Source of the DNA: Okamejei kenojei
Lineage: Eukaryota
Reading direction: 5' to 3'
DNA: 64,000 bases
Assembly (NCBI GenBank): GCA_035221665.1
Contig: CM069137.1
Coordinates: forward strand, 54,250,001 to 54,314,000
Shown here: piece by piece, positions 37,349 to 50,637 of the stretch
Numbering within the stretch: the stretch's first letter is position 1
Layout of the letters: the number at the start of each line of letters is the position of its first letter
The notes under the pieces: generated by a model
Database searches by the model: none
The model's input: the letters and a program-made list of their open reading frames with translations, nothing else
What the model was told of the DNA's origin: nothing
Translations under genes and position numbers: made by a program

Positions 37349-38181
37349 GTAACTAAGATTAACAATCAATAATAATAATTGACAAAATAAGAGGGAGGTT
37401 ATTCTTCACTGGGAGGGGTGCTCTGCAATTCTCTGAGATAATGGCTGAGATATTCAAATTTACTTTCGCATCTTGGTTTAAACTTCCTTAATCTCCTTAT
37501 CTCATAATTATTTGTCAATTCCAGCTCGGGAACTTTCCAGTAACTCCCAGCAGCCTCAGCAGTGTTTTGGGCTGAGAATTCCCAGATTTATTGCTGCTAA
37601 GACATTGCCTGTGAAAGAGCCCAGCTTAATTTAGTGGGTGTCTATCATCGTTATGGATTCATTTACCTGAGAAGACAATTGGTGCAATTGAAAGGAAGTG
37701 CTTTGGTGAGACTGTGAGACTTTGGAGGACACGCCAGTAACAATATGGTTGTGTGTGACCCACTGATTGAGCCCATTACTGCCGGCCTAACAGGCCGCAC
37801 TATGGAAACCCAATGTGTGCAGAGGATCATGGAAAGCCTCACTGCAAATAGAACGTCAGGACCTTGCCCATCAATACATAAAATCCTTTAACCATCTCAA
37901 AGACCTCAGTTACTTTGCCACTTAATAGCCCACACTGAAGCAAATCACTGACCAAATAAACAATCCACCTGTGGTTCCCTAACTTTGCAATGTTATGTGC
38001 TGCCCGGAATGTGGAAGTTGATTTTCCTTGGCCTTTGAGACCCTCTGCCATCCTGCCTTATGTTGTGCATCATGGCAAGCAATGCACGGGTCGAGGAATA
38101 ATGAAGGAAGGAGCAGATGGGTGTGGGATCAGCCTTGGTATTAATTGCAGCAACACCATACGCTCTTATTTTCCTCCACAG

Positions 38182-38244
38182 GGAGCAGTTGGGCCCGAGG
38201 GTCAACCAGGACACGACGGTCTTCCTGGACAGAGTGGAGAGCCG
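38182..38244 (+). CDS. col6a1: COL6A1 exon 20 (Gly-X-Y)
   Basis: ccacag| GAVGPEGQPGHDGLPGQSGEP |gtaagt; 63 nt. Confidence 0.94.
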
Positions 38245-40655
38245 GTAAGTGCATTCCTAATTAATAGTTAGCAAGTTGAGTTAGCTACTTTGTGACCACA
38301 CACTGGATCTCAGCCAATTGGTTGGTGCTCACTAATTAACTATTGCCCTATCATGGTTTATCCATATGGCAGAAAATGTGAAATGTGTAAGTTGTCTTTA
38401 TGTTCTCTGTCAAGCTCAGATACAATTCTCCATTGGTAACTTCTTCCCATTCATACAGATCTGGGAACAAAATGAGACTTGTTAAGGCCATTGGGGAAAG
38501 GATATTTTACAGAGGTTGAAGATGTTTTGCTATGAAACAATTGAAGATATTCCTCAATTTCAAAACCGATAGAAGAGATGCTGTTACAGCTTTGTCAGAT
38601 CATTTGCTAGGCTTCATAAGATCATAAGATCATGTGATAGTAGGATTAGGCCATTCGGCCCATCAAGTCTACTCTGCCATTGAATAATGGCTGACCTATC
38701 TCTCCCTCCTCACCCCATTCTCCTACCTTCCCCCCCATAACCTCTTGACACCTGTACTAATTAAGAATCTATCTATCTCTGCCTTAAATATATCCACTTG
38801 ACTCATTGGATGCAGTGCCCTTGAAGCCACTGCTATATTAGAGAACAAGGAAAGGGGGACCGTCCAGTGGATGGACCTCGCTCACTTCTCCCATTCCCAC
38901 CATCATTTTGTCAGGCACGTTCTCCGTTTGTCCAAGTAGTACACGCACATTCAGTCTGTGGAGATATCGGTGGCAAATAGCACAGTGGTGCAGCAGTTAG
39001 TGCAGATCACCTGTGGCTCCTTATATAAACCTGCTGTCCTTGCTGTTCTTGGTGATAGAGATCATGAAGGTGCTGTTTGTAGCAGCCTCTGTGCACCAGT
39101 GGTAGAGGGGATGCATGTTTAGGGTGGTGGCGAGGACCATTTGAGCAACCTGCTTTTTTCTCGGTGGTCAATGCTCTTGAGGATCTTTGGTGCTGCATTT
39201 ATACAGGCCAGTGGATGGTGCATTCCGAAACATTCCTGAATTACCTTGTAATGCTGGAAAGGCCTTAGTGAGTCAGGATATGCAGCTTCTGGCCTAGTCT
39301 TGCAGTTGTAATATTTATGTTACTGGTTTAGTTGAGTTACATGTCAGTGGTGACCCCAAGATATTGAATGGTGATAATACCATTGAATATCAAGCATAGA
39401 TAGAAGGCACTTGTAATCTGGAACTTTGGTGGCTTGAATGTTACTTGCCATTTATCAGCCCATGCCTAAATGTAATCTAGGTCTTGCTTCTTGCAGATAT
39501 GGACTGCATTATTATCGGTGGAGTTGTGACATTCAATTAAAAGTAGTGTAATCATCAGTGCACATCCCTACTTCTGATATTTCCTTAGAACAAAGGCTCA
39601 TCAGGTCTGTGCTGATTCACAGTGCCGTTCACTAACATTCTATTCTCGCCACAGTCCCAGCAATCTCCCCCCTAGATTCTGTCACTTCCCGACACAATTG
39701 GGGCAATTTAGAGCAGCCAATGAACACACCCAACTGCATGTCTGGGATATGGGAGGAAACCGGAGCACCAGGGGGAAATCACTGGGAGAATGCAAACTCC
39801 ACACAGACAGCACCAGAAGTCCAGATTGGATCTGGTCAGTGTGCTGTGTAGCAGCCACTCTACCAACTGCAAGACCATGCTCACAAATGGAAAGAAGCTT
39901 GTTAATAAAGCAGCTGAGATATTGGGCCCAGAAATGCCCTGAGAAACTCCAACTGTGACATCCTGACACTGAAATGATTGATGTCCAACAACCACCTTAG
40001 TTTAGTTCTCAGGTACACCCTGGAAACAGACCATCCACCACCGGATCCACGCCAATCAGCAATCACCCGTTCATACTAATTCCCCTGTCCCACTTTTTCA
40101 TCCACTATTTACACATGGTCAATTTTACAGAAGCCAGTTAACCTATAGAACTGGAGATCCTTGGGATATAGAATGAATCTGGAGCACCTGGAGGAAACCC
40201 ACACAGTCATAGGGAGAACATGCAAACTACACACAGACAGCATCCGCTGTCTGGCGCTTTAAGGCTGCAGCTCTACCTGCTGTGCCACTGTGTTGCCCTA
40301 TGATTCCAACCATTGGAATGTTTTTCCCTTGTGTCCTCACTCTGTGCCTTACTGTCATAGGCAGTCAAACTTATCCTACCTCTGGAACCTAACTCCTTGG
40401 TCTACATTTGGACCAAGGCTATGATGAGGTTAGATTCTGAGTGGTTCTAGCAAAACCCAAACTGGGCTTCAGTCAGCAGCTTAATGGTGAGTAAGTGCTG
40501 CTTGATGGTCCTGTCAGTGACACTTTCATAATTCTGTGGACTTTTGAGGAGACAGTGGGTGGTAATTAGCTGGACTGGCATAGTCCTGTTTTTTTGTGAA
40601 CAGGGTTGATCTAGGTAGATGCCATTGTTGCCTAGGTAACAATTAAGTATGTTTA

Positions 40656-40944
40656 TGCCCCTGTCCCACTTAGGAAACCTGAACAGAAACCTCTGGAGAC
40701 TTTGCGCCCCACCCAAGGTTTCCGTGCGCTTCCCAGAGGTTCCGGGAGATTTTTGTCAGTCTCCCTAATGGTTGAAAGTGGTTTCCGTTTAAAAAATCGG
40801 TAATTTTTTAGTCAAAGCCGGTTGTGATGCTAGTTGAAGGTGGTTGCCGGAGGACAAAAACCTCCGGGAACCACACGGAAACCTTGGGTGGGGCGCAAAG
40901 TCTCCAGAGGTTTCCGTTCAGGTTTCCTAAGTGGGACAGGGGCA
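40656..40944. mobile_element. MITE with long, near-perfect TIRs
   Basis: TGCCCCTGTCCCACTTAGGAAACCTGAAC...GTTCAGGTTTCCTAAGTGGGACAGGGGCA with inverted arms of ~85 bp. Flanks TTA/TAG. Shares CCTGTCCCACTTA with the 26040 MITE. Confidence 0.88.
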
Positions 40945-41027
40945 TAGCTGAACTGCTGGAGAAGACACGGGAATATCCAGAGGCCATTTAGCCCATGGTT
41001 GCTGTTTGATCAAATCATGGCTGCTCT

Positions 41028-41336
41028 AGTTTAGTTTATAGATACAGCGCTGAAACATGCCCTTCAGCCCACCGAGTCTGCACTGACCCGCAATCCCAGC
41101 ATACCAACTTTTTCCTGCACACTAGAGACAATATATAATTATACCAAGTGAATTAGCCAATAAACCTGTACGTCTTTGGAGTGTGGGAGGAAACCGAAGG
41201 TCCCGGAGAAAACCCACGCGGGTCACGTGGGGAATGTACAAACTCAGTATAGACAGCACCCGTAGTCAGGATCAAATCCGGGTCTCTAGAGCTGTAGTTA
41301 AGGCAACAACTCTACCGCTGCGCCACCATGCCACCC
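41028..41336 (-). mobile_element. HE1/V-SINE-like SINE, near full length
   Basis: (TTTAG)n tail, complete body and tRNA head ...CTCTACCGCTGCGCCACCATGCC. Confidence 0.88.
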
Positions 41337-42526
41337 TGTAGTTAAGCTCATGACCCTGAAAGTAACAGTCTTTAATTCCCCCAAGCAAAGGAACCTTCAG
41401 TCCACCCAAACAAAACCATTGACCTCTGAACATCCACCTCTTTCTGGAGATGAAAGAACCTGATTTCCTCTGTTCCTTGTGCTTCCCGCATTACCTTCTG
41501 GCTCCAATTACAAAGTCATGACCCCTTGCTCCAAAAACACCACTTGCTTTGGGCCATATCTACCTGATCCCTCTAACATTCTCATGCTCCTGTTATATCA
41601 ACCTTCAGCACTCAGGGGATTGCCAGCCAAGTCAATACATGCCCTCCACACAATCTCAACCATATAGCTTGTCAGCCCTGTATGCTTGAATCCAATGACC
41701 AATTGAAGTTGTGGTCTCCATCTAACATCTAACATAGTGGTCTAACATCTCCACTGGTGTCAACTAGTGGTCTTCTTGGTGAGATGGGTAGCCAAATCCG
41801 AATGCCTACAGATGGTAAAGTCCTCTGGTGAACCAACTGGCTCCGGCAGCTCTCCCAGGTGAATCCCAGAATTTGATATGATACGATACGATACGATAGA
41901 ACATTATTTATGCCAGGGGGGAATTCAAAGTCTCACGCAGGGCAGGGAGAGGGTTATTGACACATAGTCTCCATGTATACCATTGCCATAAAACCAGACA
42001 TAATCCGTTTCTGCTCTCGTTTTTTTAGTGCACCATATGGGATTCAATAATGATAGAATGCCATACGTTTTAAAACAGACGTGCAGCACAGCAAACTATT
42101 AAAGATCAGAAACCATGGTAACCTGGCAATCTGGAATGTTCAACAGCATAATACATACCAGATGCAGGACTGATGCAGGAACGGATGTGTGCACAATTTT
42201 AACTCATGGTTGCCAAGCACTGAAACAATGAACTTAGCAGAAGTGCAGGGCTATCATTGTAAGATTCATTGCTTACCCCCATGCAACAGTGCCAGCTGCC
42301 CCTTGGTTGATTATGGAGACTTCAAGCACTTTTATACCAGGGGATGAGGGGTATCTGGCCTCGTGTTGCAATTAGAATGCAAACTCAATGTGTATAGGAT
42401 CTCCGCTAAGGTTAAATTCAGGCTGACAGAGGTTTTGGGCAGTGCAGGTTTAACATCTGTGGGAGTTTGTCTGTTTTGTACTCCCTGACCTGATGCTGTT
42501 CCACCCTGAGTTTTTCCTCAATTAAG

Positions 42527-42828
42527 GGAGGCACAGTGGGACAGCAGTAGAGTTGCTGCCTTACAGCACCAGAAAACCAGGTTTAATCCAGACTATGGGT
42601 ACTGTCTGTACGGACTATGTATATTCTCCCCGTGACCGCATGTTTGTTCCCCGGATACTCCAGTTTCTTCCCACACTCCAAAGATGTATGGGTTTGTGGG
42701 TTAATTGGCTTCAGTAAAGATTGTAAACGGTCCCTGGTATGTAGGATAGTGCTAGTGTCAAGGGTGATCACTGGTCGGCGCGGATTCGATGGGCCTGTTT
42801 CCACACTGTATCTCTAGACTAAACTAAA
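42527..42828 (+). mobile_element. HE1/V-SINE-like SINE, near full length (sense)
   Basis: GGCACAGTGG...GTAGAGTTGCTGCCTTACAGC...GGGCCTGTTTCCACACTGTATCTCTAGACTAAACTAAA. Confidence 0.88.
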
Positions 42829-43108
42829 TACAGTGAAGAATTTGTCTCGAAGTGATCACCAGGGCATCGTTAAAATTCAGGGCACAAATTTGGGTTTCAC
42901 AAACCCAACAACTCTCGTTCAACATTTCTCATTTTTTTTACCTTTTGACAGTTAAATCACTCATTACGTACGCAGGTATCCAAGCAACCTGCGGTCTGTC
43001 TAGGGACATTTGGGGAAGTAATCAGAGATCTCTTATATAATTATACATATTTTTAAAGCTTAATTAGCCACAGTTTTCTCCTATCATTTAACAGTCAGAG
43101 AGTCTGGT

Positions 43109-43421
43109 CTAGTTTAGTTTAGAGAAACAGCATGAAAACAGGCCCTTGGGCCCACCCAACCTGCACAGACCAACGATAACCACACATTAACACTAACATA
43201 CACACACTAGGGACAATTTTACACATACACCAAGCCAATTAACCTACAAACCTGTACGTCTTTAGAGTGTGGGAGGAAACCGAAGATCTCGGACAAAACC
43301 CACACAGGTCACGGGGAGAACGTGCAAATTCTGTACAGCCAGCACTTGTAGTAAGGATTGAACCTGGGTCTCCAGTGCTGCAAGTAAGGCAGCAACTCTA
43401 CCGCTGCACTACCGAGGCTGC
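43109..43421 (-). mobile_element. HE1/V-SINE-like SINE, near full length (antisense)
   Basis: TAGTTTAGTTTAGAGA...GTAAGGCAGCAACTCTACCGCTGCAC; inverted relative to the copy at 42527. Confidence 0.88.
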
Positions 43422-44510
43422 GACAATAGAATCATACGACACAGAAGCAGACCCTTCTTCCCAACTTGTCCAAGCCGACCAAGGTGCCCCATCTAAGCTA
43501 GTCCCATTTGCCCGCGTTTTGCCCATATCCCTCTACACCTTTCATATCCATGTATCTGTCCATAGAGATGGTGTTTGCCAAGCACTAGTAGACATGATCA
43601 CTACCAGTCTGGTATTTTTGGTTTTAATTATGAAATATGACTTGACTTGGTTGCAATCTATTCACCTCTCCCTCTCTAATAGTCCATGAGCAGTTTGGTG
43701 GTTTGCGTTTCAGAATGGCTGTGTTTTACGTAATAGTGATTCAAGATTTTGATCTAAGAAGCAAAAATAGACTTTTGAATTAGGGTGGCAAGTGACTTCA
43801 ATGATTCAATTATATTTTATTATAATATATAATAATTATTATATATTATTTTATGTATCTAGGTACAGTGAAATACTTTGATTTGCATACAACCCGGTAA
43901 AATCATGTAGCAGACCTAACCTAGGCAGTACACAAGTGTTGCAATGTTTTGGCGTTGACAAAGTGACAAAAGTTCATTGAACATTCCTATCTACTACCTG
44001 CCATTGCACGTGGCAACAGTCTCCCACCAGGTTCCCCTTTGTTCTTGGTGGCCTTTCTTGCTCTCTGATGACCTGCCTCGGCTCTCCGTTGGTCCACCTC
44101 TCACACGGACAGCTCTCCGACGGTCCCTCGCTCTTGACTTGGACGGTGGTGCTACTTCCATACACCGTGCTTTGGTCTTCGGGTCAGTGGAGACTCTGTC
44201 AAAGAGGAGCTGCCAACTTGCAGTGAAGTGTGCTACAGATGAGATACAGTGCGGCCAAGCAGCACTGACGGCAGAACAAGTGAATGGTGATGCTGGTGGA
44301 TGGGGATGACTACAAAGTGGACAGGTTTCTTTCAGATGGAGTGTTAGCTTTTCCTTTTCAGAATATGGTACCTGCAGACATCCAGTTAGCAGCAAAATAC
44401 TGTGTCAGTCTGGTGTTTGCTGATCTAACTACATGGACAGTGTGGCCATCTAATCCCACATGCCCTGCTTGCTGTGCTCTGCAGTGACCCTTTGCTTTCT
44501 TTTGCCTCAG

Positions 44511-44573
44511 GGAGAGCCTGGCCGTCCTGGACCCAGGGGATTCAAAGGAGACATTGGACCTCCAGGACAAGAG
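44511..44573 (+). CDS. col6a1: COL6A1 exon 21 (Gly-X-Y)
   Basis: cctcag| GEPGRPGPRGFKGDIGPPGQE |gtacgt; 63 nt. Confidence 0.94.
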
Positions 44574-45588
44574 GTACGTATTGTGTACTATTATTGCTGA
44601 TGGCCATTGTTGACATAATTGGGTGTTTTGCTGATGTCTGGGCCCTAACCTGGTCACTGGTGCCACTCTCTCAACTGTAATTAACCGTGTACTACACCAC
44701 TTGGACCAGGTCCACCCCACACCAACACCCATCTCATCCATACTTCATTAATGACTAAGCTGTTCTTGACTCTTCCATAAAAATTCTGAAAATGGGGGCA
44801 CGTCCCCTACACCAACCCATGGGTGAGAATCCAATGCTAGTCCAGTTTGACCTGCAAATCCTGACCACATCTCATCAGTAGCACTGCTATTACCATTTGT
44901 TGACTGCTCAGGTATGTGCAACACACCATGACCAACATTGACTTGTGTCTTGTTCAACAGTCTCCCAAAGATAAATGACTCAATTTTCGTAAGGTGAGGA
45001 GGAGCAGTTTTTCTGTCATGCATCTGAAGACTAGCTTTTCCCTCTGGATTCCTTTCTCTCTGGAAATTGGACCTACTGATCCCTCCCAATTGTCCAAACT
45101 TTATTGGGGATTGTGGTAATCACCTAATGAGTGCACATTACAATCAGTGGCTGGCTTATTTGGTCCAAGCTGAACTCTTTAATGCACCGGTCTCCTCGTT
45201 GCCTCAATGGAACCAGACTGCCTCTCCTTTAAGCTTGTGAATGAGCCTCAAGAGAGATCCTGAGAGTCAGCAAATGCTAGGAATAGATTGGCTGAGATAA
45301 ACTGGCATAAATACCGATAAGAGTAATATTTGTCAAGAGGAATCAACGACCACTGTCAATGATCCCTATTGGCTGGGACATGTCACTTCGGAGAAGAATG
45401 TCACCTAATATGTTTATTGAGATTGCCGAGAAAAATGTGCACACACCAGTCAGCTGCTGTAGTGACTGAATCCTCCAGGATTCAATTAATGGCGCCTTGC
45501 ACACACCTTTTTTCATATTGGTAGCTCAGTTAACTAACGGATTGCATGTGGAATTAAAGGACTGACTAATGTTGTTTTCACCCTGCAG

Positions 45589-45651
45589 GGGTTCAAAGGA
45601 CCAACTGGGCCTCAAGGATACCCTGGCGACGCAGGCCCAATGGGCGAAATG
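45589..45651 (+). CDS. col6a1: COL6A1 exon 22 (Gly-X-Y)
   Basis: ctgcag| GFKGPTGPQGYPGDAGPMGEM |gtaaga; 63 nt. Confidence 0.94.
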
Positions 45652-47107
45652 GTAAGAACTATAGGCAGAAGCGGCAAGTTCAGACACATGAGGACTGTAG
45701 TGAAAGAGAGAATCCTACTGAGTCTTTTAAATGAAGCAGGAGTAGCATGAGTGTAACCCCACCTTACACTGGGGTTACTGCCATGCAGGGTTCTCTTCTT
45801 GTTCATTCTTGGGCCTGGGAAAACATGTCAGCAAATATTGCTCGTCTTGACAGGCTCTCCTCCTGACAGACTCTCCACCTGAACTACTGCCATCTGAGCC
45901 AGAAGGAATGTTGTTGGACTGTGTGTTACGGGAGTTGAGTCCCAGCGATGATAAATAGGTCATAGGTAATAGGGCTGTTCAAGGTGCAGCAAAACCTGCA
46001 GGTAAAACTTGGGTTCAATATCTCTGGGGTGAACGTTGGCGAGCAGTGCTGAAGAAGCTTAGTGAAGATGTTGAGGTGCATTTGGAGGTGGTGGACATTG
46101 CAGCCTCATGCATTGATGGTGGCTTTCTGAGGTGGGAAGTGTGGTGGCAATCTGTATGCAGCTAATTTATGGGTGGTGTTGAGGTTCTCCAGTGTTATTG
46201 AAGCCATGCTTTTGACATGGATCAACATTTCCAGTCATTCCAGCACTCTCCTTCAGGTCCACAATAGAGTCATGCCCGTTATTTTTGTTTCTCCCCTGCT
46301 CCATTAAGCTGCTCTGTCTTGGTCTCGGTAAAGTTGACACAACTGAAGTCCACGTGGATTAGAAATCATTTGGAAGAGATTTATAGTTGAGATGGAAGAG
46401 TTGACATCAATGTCTTTATAGATTCCAAGGGAATCACAGCGCAATTACAGGCCCTTCAGCCCACCAAGTCTGTGCTGACCAAGCAACCAGTACACTAATC
46501 CTGCACTGATCCCATTTAAAAGAAAATATTCTCCCCACATTTCCAACAACTCCTCTCAAATTCTACCATTCCCCAACACACATGGAGCAATTTATAGTGG
46601 CAAATTAATCAACCAAATCATGCCTTTGGTACATGCCTTTGGTAGGAAATCATGATGGTGAATCTGTGAAATTCATTGCCGCAGATGGCTGTCTTTGGGT
46701 ACTTTTAAAATGGAGATTGATAGGTCCTTGATTGGTAAAGGCGTCAAAAGTTACAGGGAGAAGGCAGGAGAATGGGGTTGAGGGGGAAAAATAGATCAAC
46801 CATGATTGAATGGCGGATCAGACTCAATGGTCCGAATGACCTAATTCTGCTCCTATGTTTTATGAAACAAGAGAACATGAGAAAACTCCACATAGTCAGA
46901 AGTCAGGATTGAACCCTGGTCAGTGTAGTTCTGAGGCAGTGGCTCTACCAGCTGCACCACTATACCACAGGAATTTCAGAGTTAAAGGAAGGAAAGGAGA
47001 TTGAAGACATGGTTGGGGAGAAGTTGAAAGAGATGGAGCAGATTAAGGGAGCAAGTGAAAATGAAGTGCACTTTGTCATTTACTCCCTTGAAATAAATCA
47101 CAGATTA

Positions 47108-47455
47108 GTTCTTAAATTATAGGAGCATAATTAGGCCATTCGGCCCATCAAGTCTACTCTGCCACTCAATAGATCATGGCTGATCTATCTTTCCCTCTTA
47201 ATCCCATTCTCCTGCCATCTCCCCATAATCTCTGACACCCATACTAATTAAAATCTGTCAATCTCTGCCTTAAAAATATTGATTGACGGCCTCCACAGCC
47301 TTCTATGGCATTGAATTTCACAGATTCACCACCCGCTGACTAAATAATTTCCTCTTCATCTCCTTTCTAAAGATACATCCTTTTATTCTGAGGCTATGGA
47401 TTCTGGCCCTAGACTCTCCCAATAGTGGAAACATCTCCACATCTACTCTATCCGA
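47108..47455 (-). mobile_element. CR1-like LINE 3' fragment
   Basis: GGAGCATAATTAGGCCATTCGGCCC...CAGATTCACCACCC...CTAGACTCTCCCA, the reverse complement of the CR1 3' end. Confidence 0.8.
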
Positions 47456-48108
47456 TCAGTTTATTCATTCTGGGATTAAAGCAATGCAAGTGAAGGAGAA
47501 TGTTATTCGGCTGAGGGTCAGATCAGTACGAGTTTTTTTATTAGTGACCATCAGTTCAGGAAATAAATTCGGCCCTTCGAGCCAGCACCGTCATTCAATG
47601 TGATCATGGCTGATCACTGCTGAGCCTTCTCAGTGATTGTGATGGCAGGACGGGGAATTATGTGGAATGGGATTTAGTAGGAAGTGATTCTGTTCTCTGG
47701 CACTGCTCTGACAGAGGAGATTCAGCTGAACACTGACTTTCGTGGCTCAGGGGCTGCTTGGACTCAGGCCCTCTCGCACAGATTTCTTTCCAGGCAGATC
47801 AACAAGAGAGCCACAGATTTCTCCACTGACCCTACCCCCACCCGCTGGGAACTGCAAGATCAGGGAACTGAGTCACGGTGTCCTCCCCACTCACCGGCCG
47901 GAACGGGCTGGGCTAGGCTGGTCACTGAGGGAGTGCTTTACTCCTCCGCAGTTGCTAGAAGCCTGGAGTACGTGGCCTGTGTCACAGGAGGGATGGTTGG
48001 ACGAATGCCTGTGGTTATAGAAACTGGATAGCCATAGAGAGGCCGTGAGTTTGGATTCCACTGCAGCTCGTTCCGAAACTGAAGGCAATGAGTCTGGTGT
48101 TTTGTGAA

Positions 48109-48270
48109 GGAAGGAACTGCAGATGCTGCTTTAAACCAAAGATAGACACAAAAAGCTGGAGTAACTCAGCAGGACAGGCGGCATCCCTGGAGAGAAGGAA
48201 TGGGTGACGTTTCAGGTCGAGACCTTTCTTCAGACTGAAGAAAGGTCTTGACCTGAAACGTCACCCATTC
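48109..48270. mobile_element. Penelope pLTR-derived insertion with inverted duplication (two head-to-head hammerhead cores), TSD-flanked
   Basis: 36-bp inverted repeat at 48198-48233 / 48235-48270 (1 mismatch); flanking direct repeat TCTGGTG(T/C)TTTGTGAA at 48093-48108 and 48271-48286. Confidence 0.85.
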
Positions 48271-49709
48271 TCTGGTGCTTTGTGAATTGATGGTAGATAT
48301 TAAGCAGGGAAGCCGTTGAATTGCTGATAAAATTATGTAACGATAGAAATCAACAGCACGGAAATGGGTGGCCCTTTTGGCCCAACTTGTCTGTGTTGCT
48401 ACCTGCCTATGCTAACCTCTGTTGCCCGCGCTAGAGGAACATTTCACATCCCTCTTTTTGAAAATGTTATCAAAGATGCTGGCAGGAAGGAAAACATTGG
48501 ACAGTAGACACATCGGGTTACATCATGGGGTCTATCCGCTGCTAGTTTAGATTACAATTGTCTACGTTAGCTTTCCATGTTAACTGCATCTCCCAGCACT
48601 TGGTCCAAAGCCATCTGTGCCTAGGTATTTTAACTTCATGTTTAGACACTTATTAAATGCTGTTGGCATAAATTTATGTTTTCCAGTTTTATCTACCTCT
48701 CCTGTAGGGAAAGGTTTCCTGCAATCTGCCGTATCTGTACCCTCGTTTTACTCTCTCTGCTCCAAAGAGAATATCCTTAGTTTCTCTGCTCATAATGGAA
48801 CTGTTGTGTCCCAGGCAATATCCTGGTGAATCTCCTCTGCACCCCCTCCAACGCTATCATGTAACCTATAAAATCGCTGATGGCCATTTCTCATTGGATT
48901 TGGGCCAAAGTTATGATTTCTTATATTGGCAACAGACTTATTTTCAGTGCTAACAACAACAATATTACCCCGCAAACAAAAATATGTACAGTCCAAGATC
49001 TGGACCACATTGTTTCTGCAAACGTGAACATTTAAATATTACAGTAGGAGCTAAATTACAAAATAAGACTAAGGGGTTCATGTAGAAAGAATTTCACTAA
49101 AAACTATTAATAAGCTGACTGTTTCTTGGTTTCAACCATTCAACATCCGCAGACCACATTAAAAAAAGTTAGTCTCTGACCAGATGTCCTGTTACTGCTG
49201 TAGAGGTCAGTGGTATCTTGTTACTGCTGTACAGAAATGTGAGGAGACCTTGGAATGTGTAGTTTTAGCCTCCCTATGTGAGAAAAGGTGTTTTCAGAGA
49301 TCACAGCCTCGGGACATGGAGAGTATGTCCTTTACGACTAAGGTGAGGAGAGTTTGCTTTACCAAGAGGTTGATGAACCTGTGGATTTCACCACAGAGGG
49401 CAGTGGAGGCCAAATCATTAAATATGTTCAAGCAGGCGTCTATGGGCGGCAATCTATTTATGGGTGGCTGATAGTCAGTATGGATACATGGGCCGAAGGG
49501 CCTGGTTCTGTGTTATACCTCTCTCACAAAAATTAGTGCCTAGAAGTGTAAGGTAGTGAAAAAGACAGGAAGAGGAAACTAATCTGTCATGATCTGCTAT
49601 GTTGAATAGTGGGCTGTATTGACAACTCTACTTTCTATGATTTCCTGTATTAGAACTTTTTTTCTGCATTTGGATAACTTGCTTATCTTTTTCTTCCGTT
49701 TTCTTACAG

Positions 49710-49760
49710 GGAGAACCTGGAAGCCCAGGAAATGGATCCAGGGGCCCACCCGGATTACCC
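49710..49760 (+). CDS. col6a1: COL6A1 exon 23 (Gly-X-Y with conserved G-N-G interruption)
   Basis: ttacag| GEPGSPGNGSRGPPGLP |gtaagt; 51 nt; NGS sequon as in human GNGTEG. Confidence 0.94.
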
Positions 49761-50601
49761 GTAAGTGGCGAGCCTTCCATATGATCGATCACTTAATTAT
49801 TATCCCCTACTTTCACATTCCGCCATTTTGTTCTTATAAAAAATTCAGAGATTTTCAACTACAGAGAAAGATAGGCCAGTGTCTACACAGCTCATTTAAC
49901 ATCTAACCCACAACCTCCTAAAACACTAACAGCATGTGAGGTGTTTTATGTGAACACAAGTGATGACCAAATTCTGCACAATAAGCTCCCAGAACCAGCA
50001 ATGTGATGATGAAACAATTTTCTCAAAGACTTTGCTAACTTTGTGCAGTAGTTTGGGTGGAACATCCCCACTCTCCTTCTTGAACATTGTTGTGGGGCAG
50101 GGTTTATTTAATGTGATACTGAGAGGTGGGATGGGGCTTTGTTTAACCTCATCTGAAAGATAACACCTCTGACGGCGCAGCACTCTGATAGCATAACACT
50201 GGAGTGGGGCAGATCCATAGCCTTCTGACTCACAGAGTCGTTTTACTATTTAATCATTTATACTAGGGTAGCTGCATGGCCTAAAATGGGCATAAGTCTC
50301 TTAATGGATTGAGACAGGACTGAGTGCATTGATGGCTCCAGTCCATGCAAAGTTAGCTGATCCAGCTTCATAGCAACCACACCCAGCCCAGCACAACCCT
50401 CCAAATTAGGAGAGGATCCTACCCCATCCCGCCTGCCAAGGGCCCCTGGTGTATAAAGCAACAGAAGGTTGTGGGAGATCAGTTAGATCTTTATGCTTAT
50501 ACTTTTAATGGAACAGTTTAAATCTCCGTCTGACTGCCAGCAAAAATATGTTTGAATGCAAGTTGATAAATGTGATAAACATTCCGCTTCTCTTCCCACA
50601 G

Positions 50602-50637
50602 GGAATTCCAGGGCCGCAAGGATTGCGTGGATCCAAC
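50602..50637 (+). CDS. col6a1: COL6A1 exon 24 (Gly-X-Y)
   Basis: ccacag| GIPGPQGLRGSN |gtaggt; 36 nt; forms an N-G-T sequon with exon 25. Confidence 0.93.
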
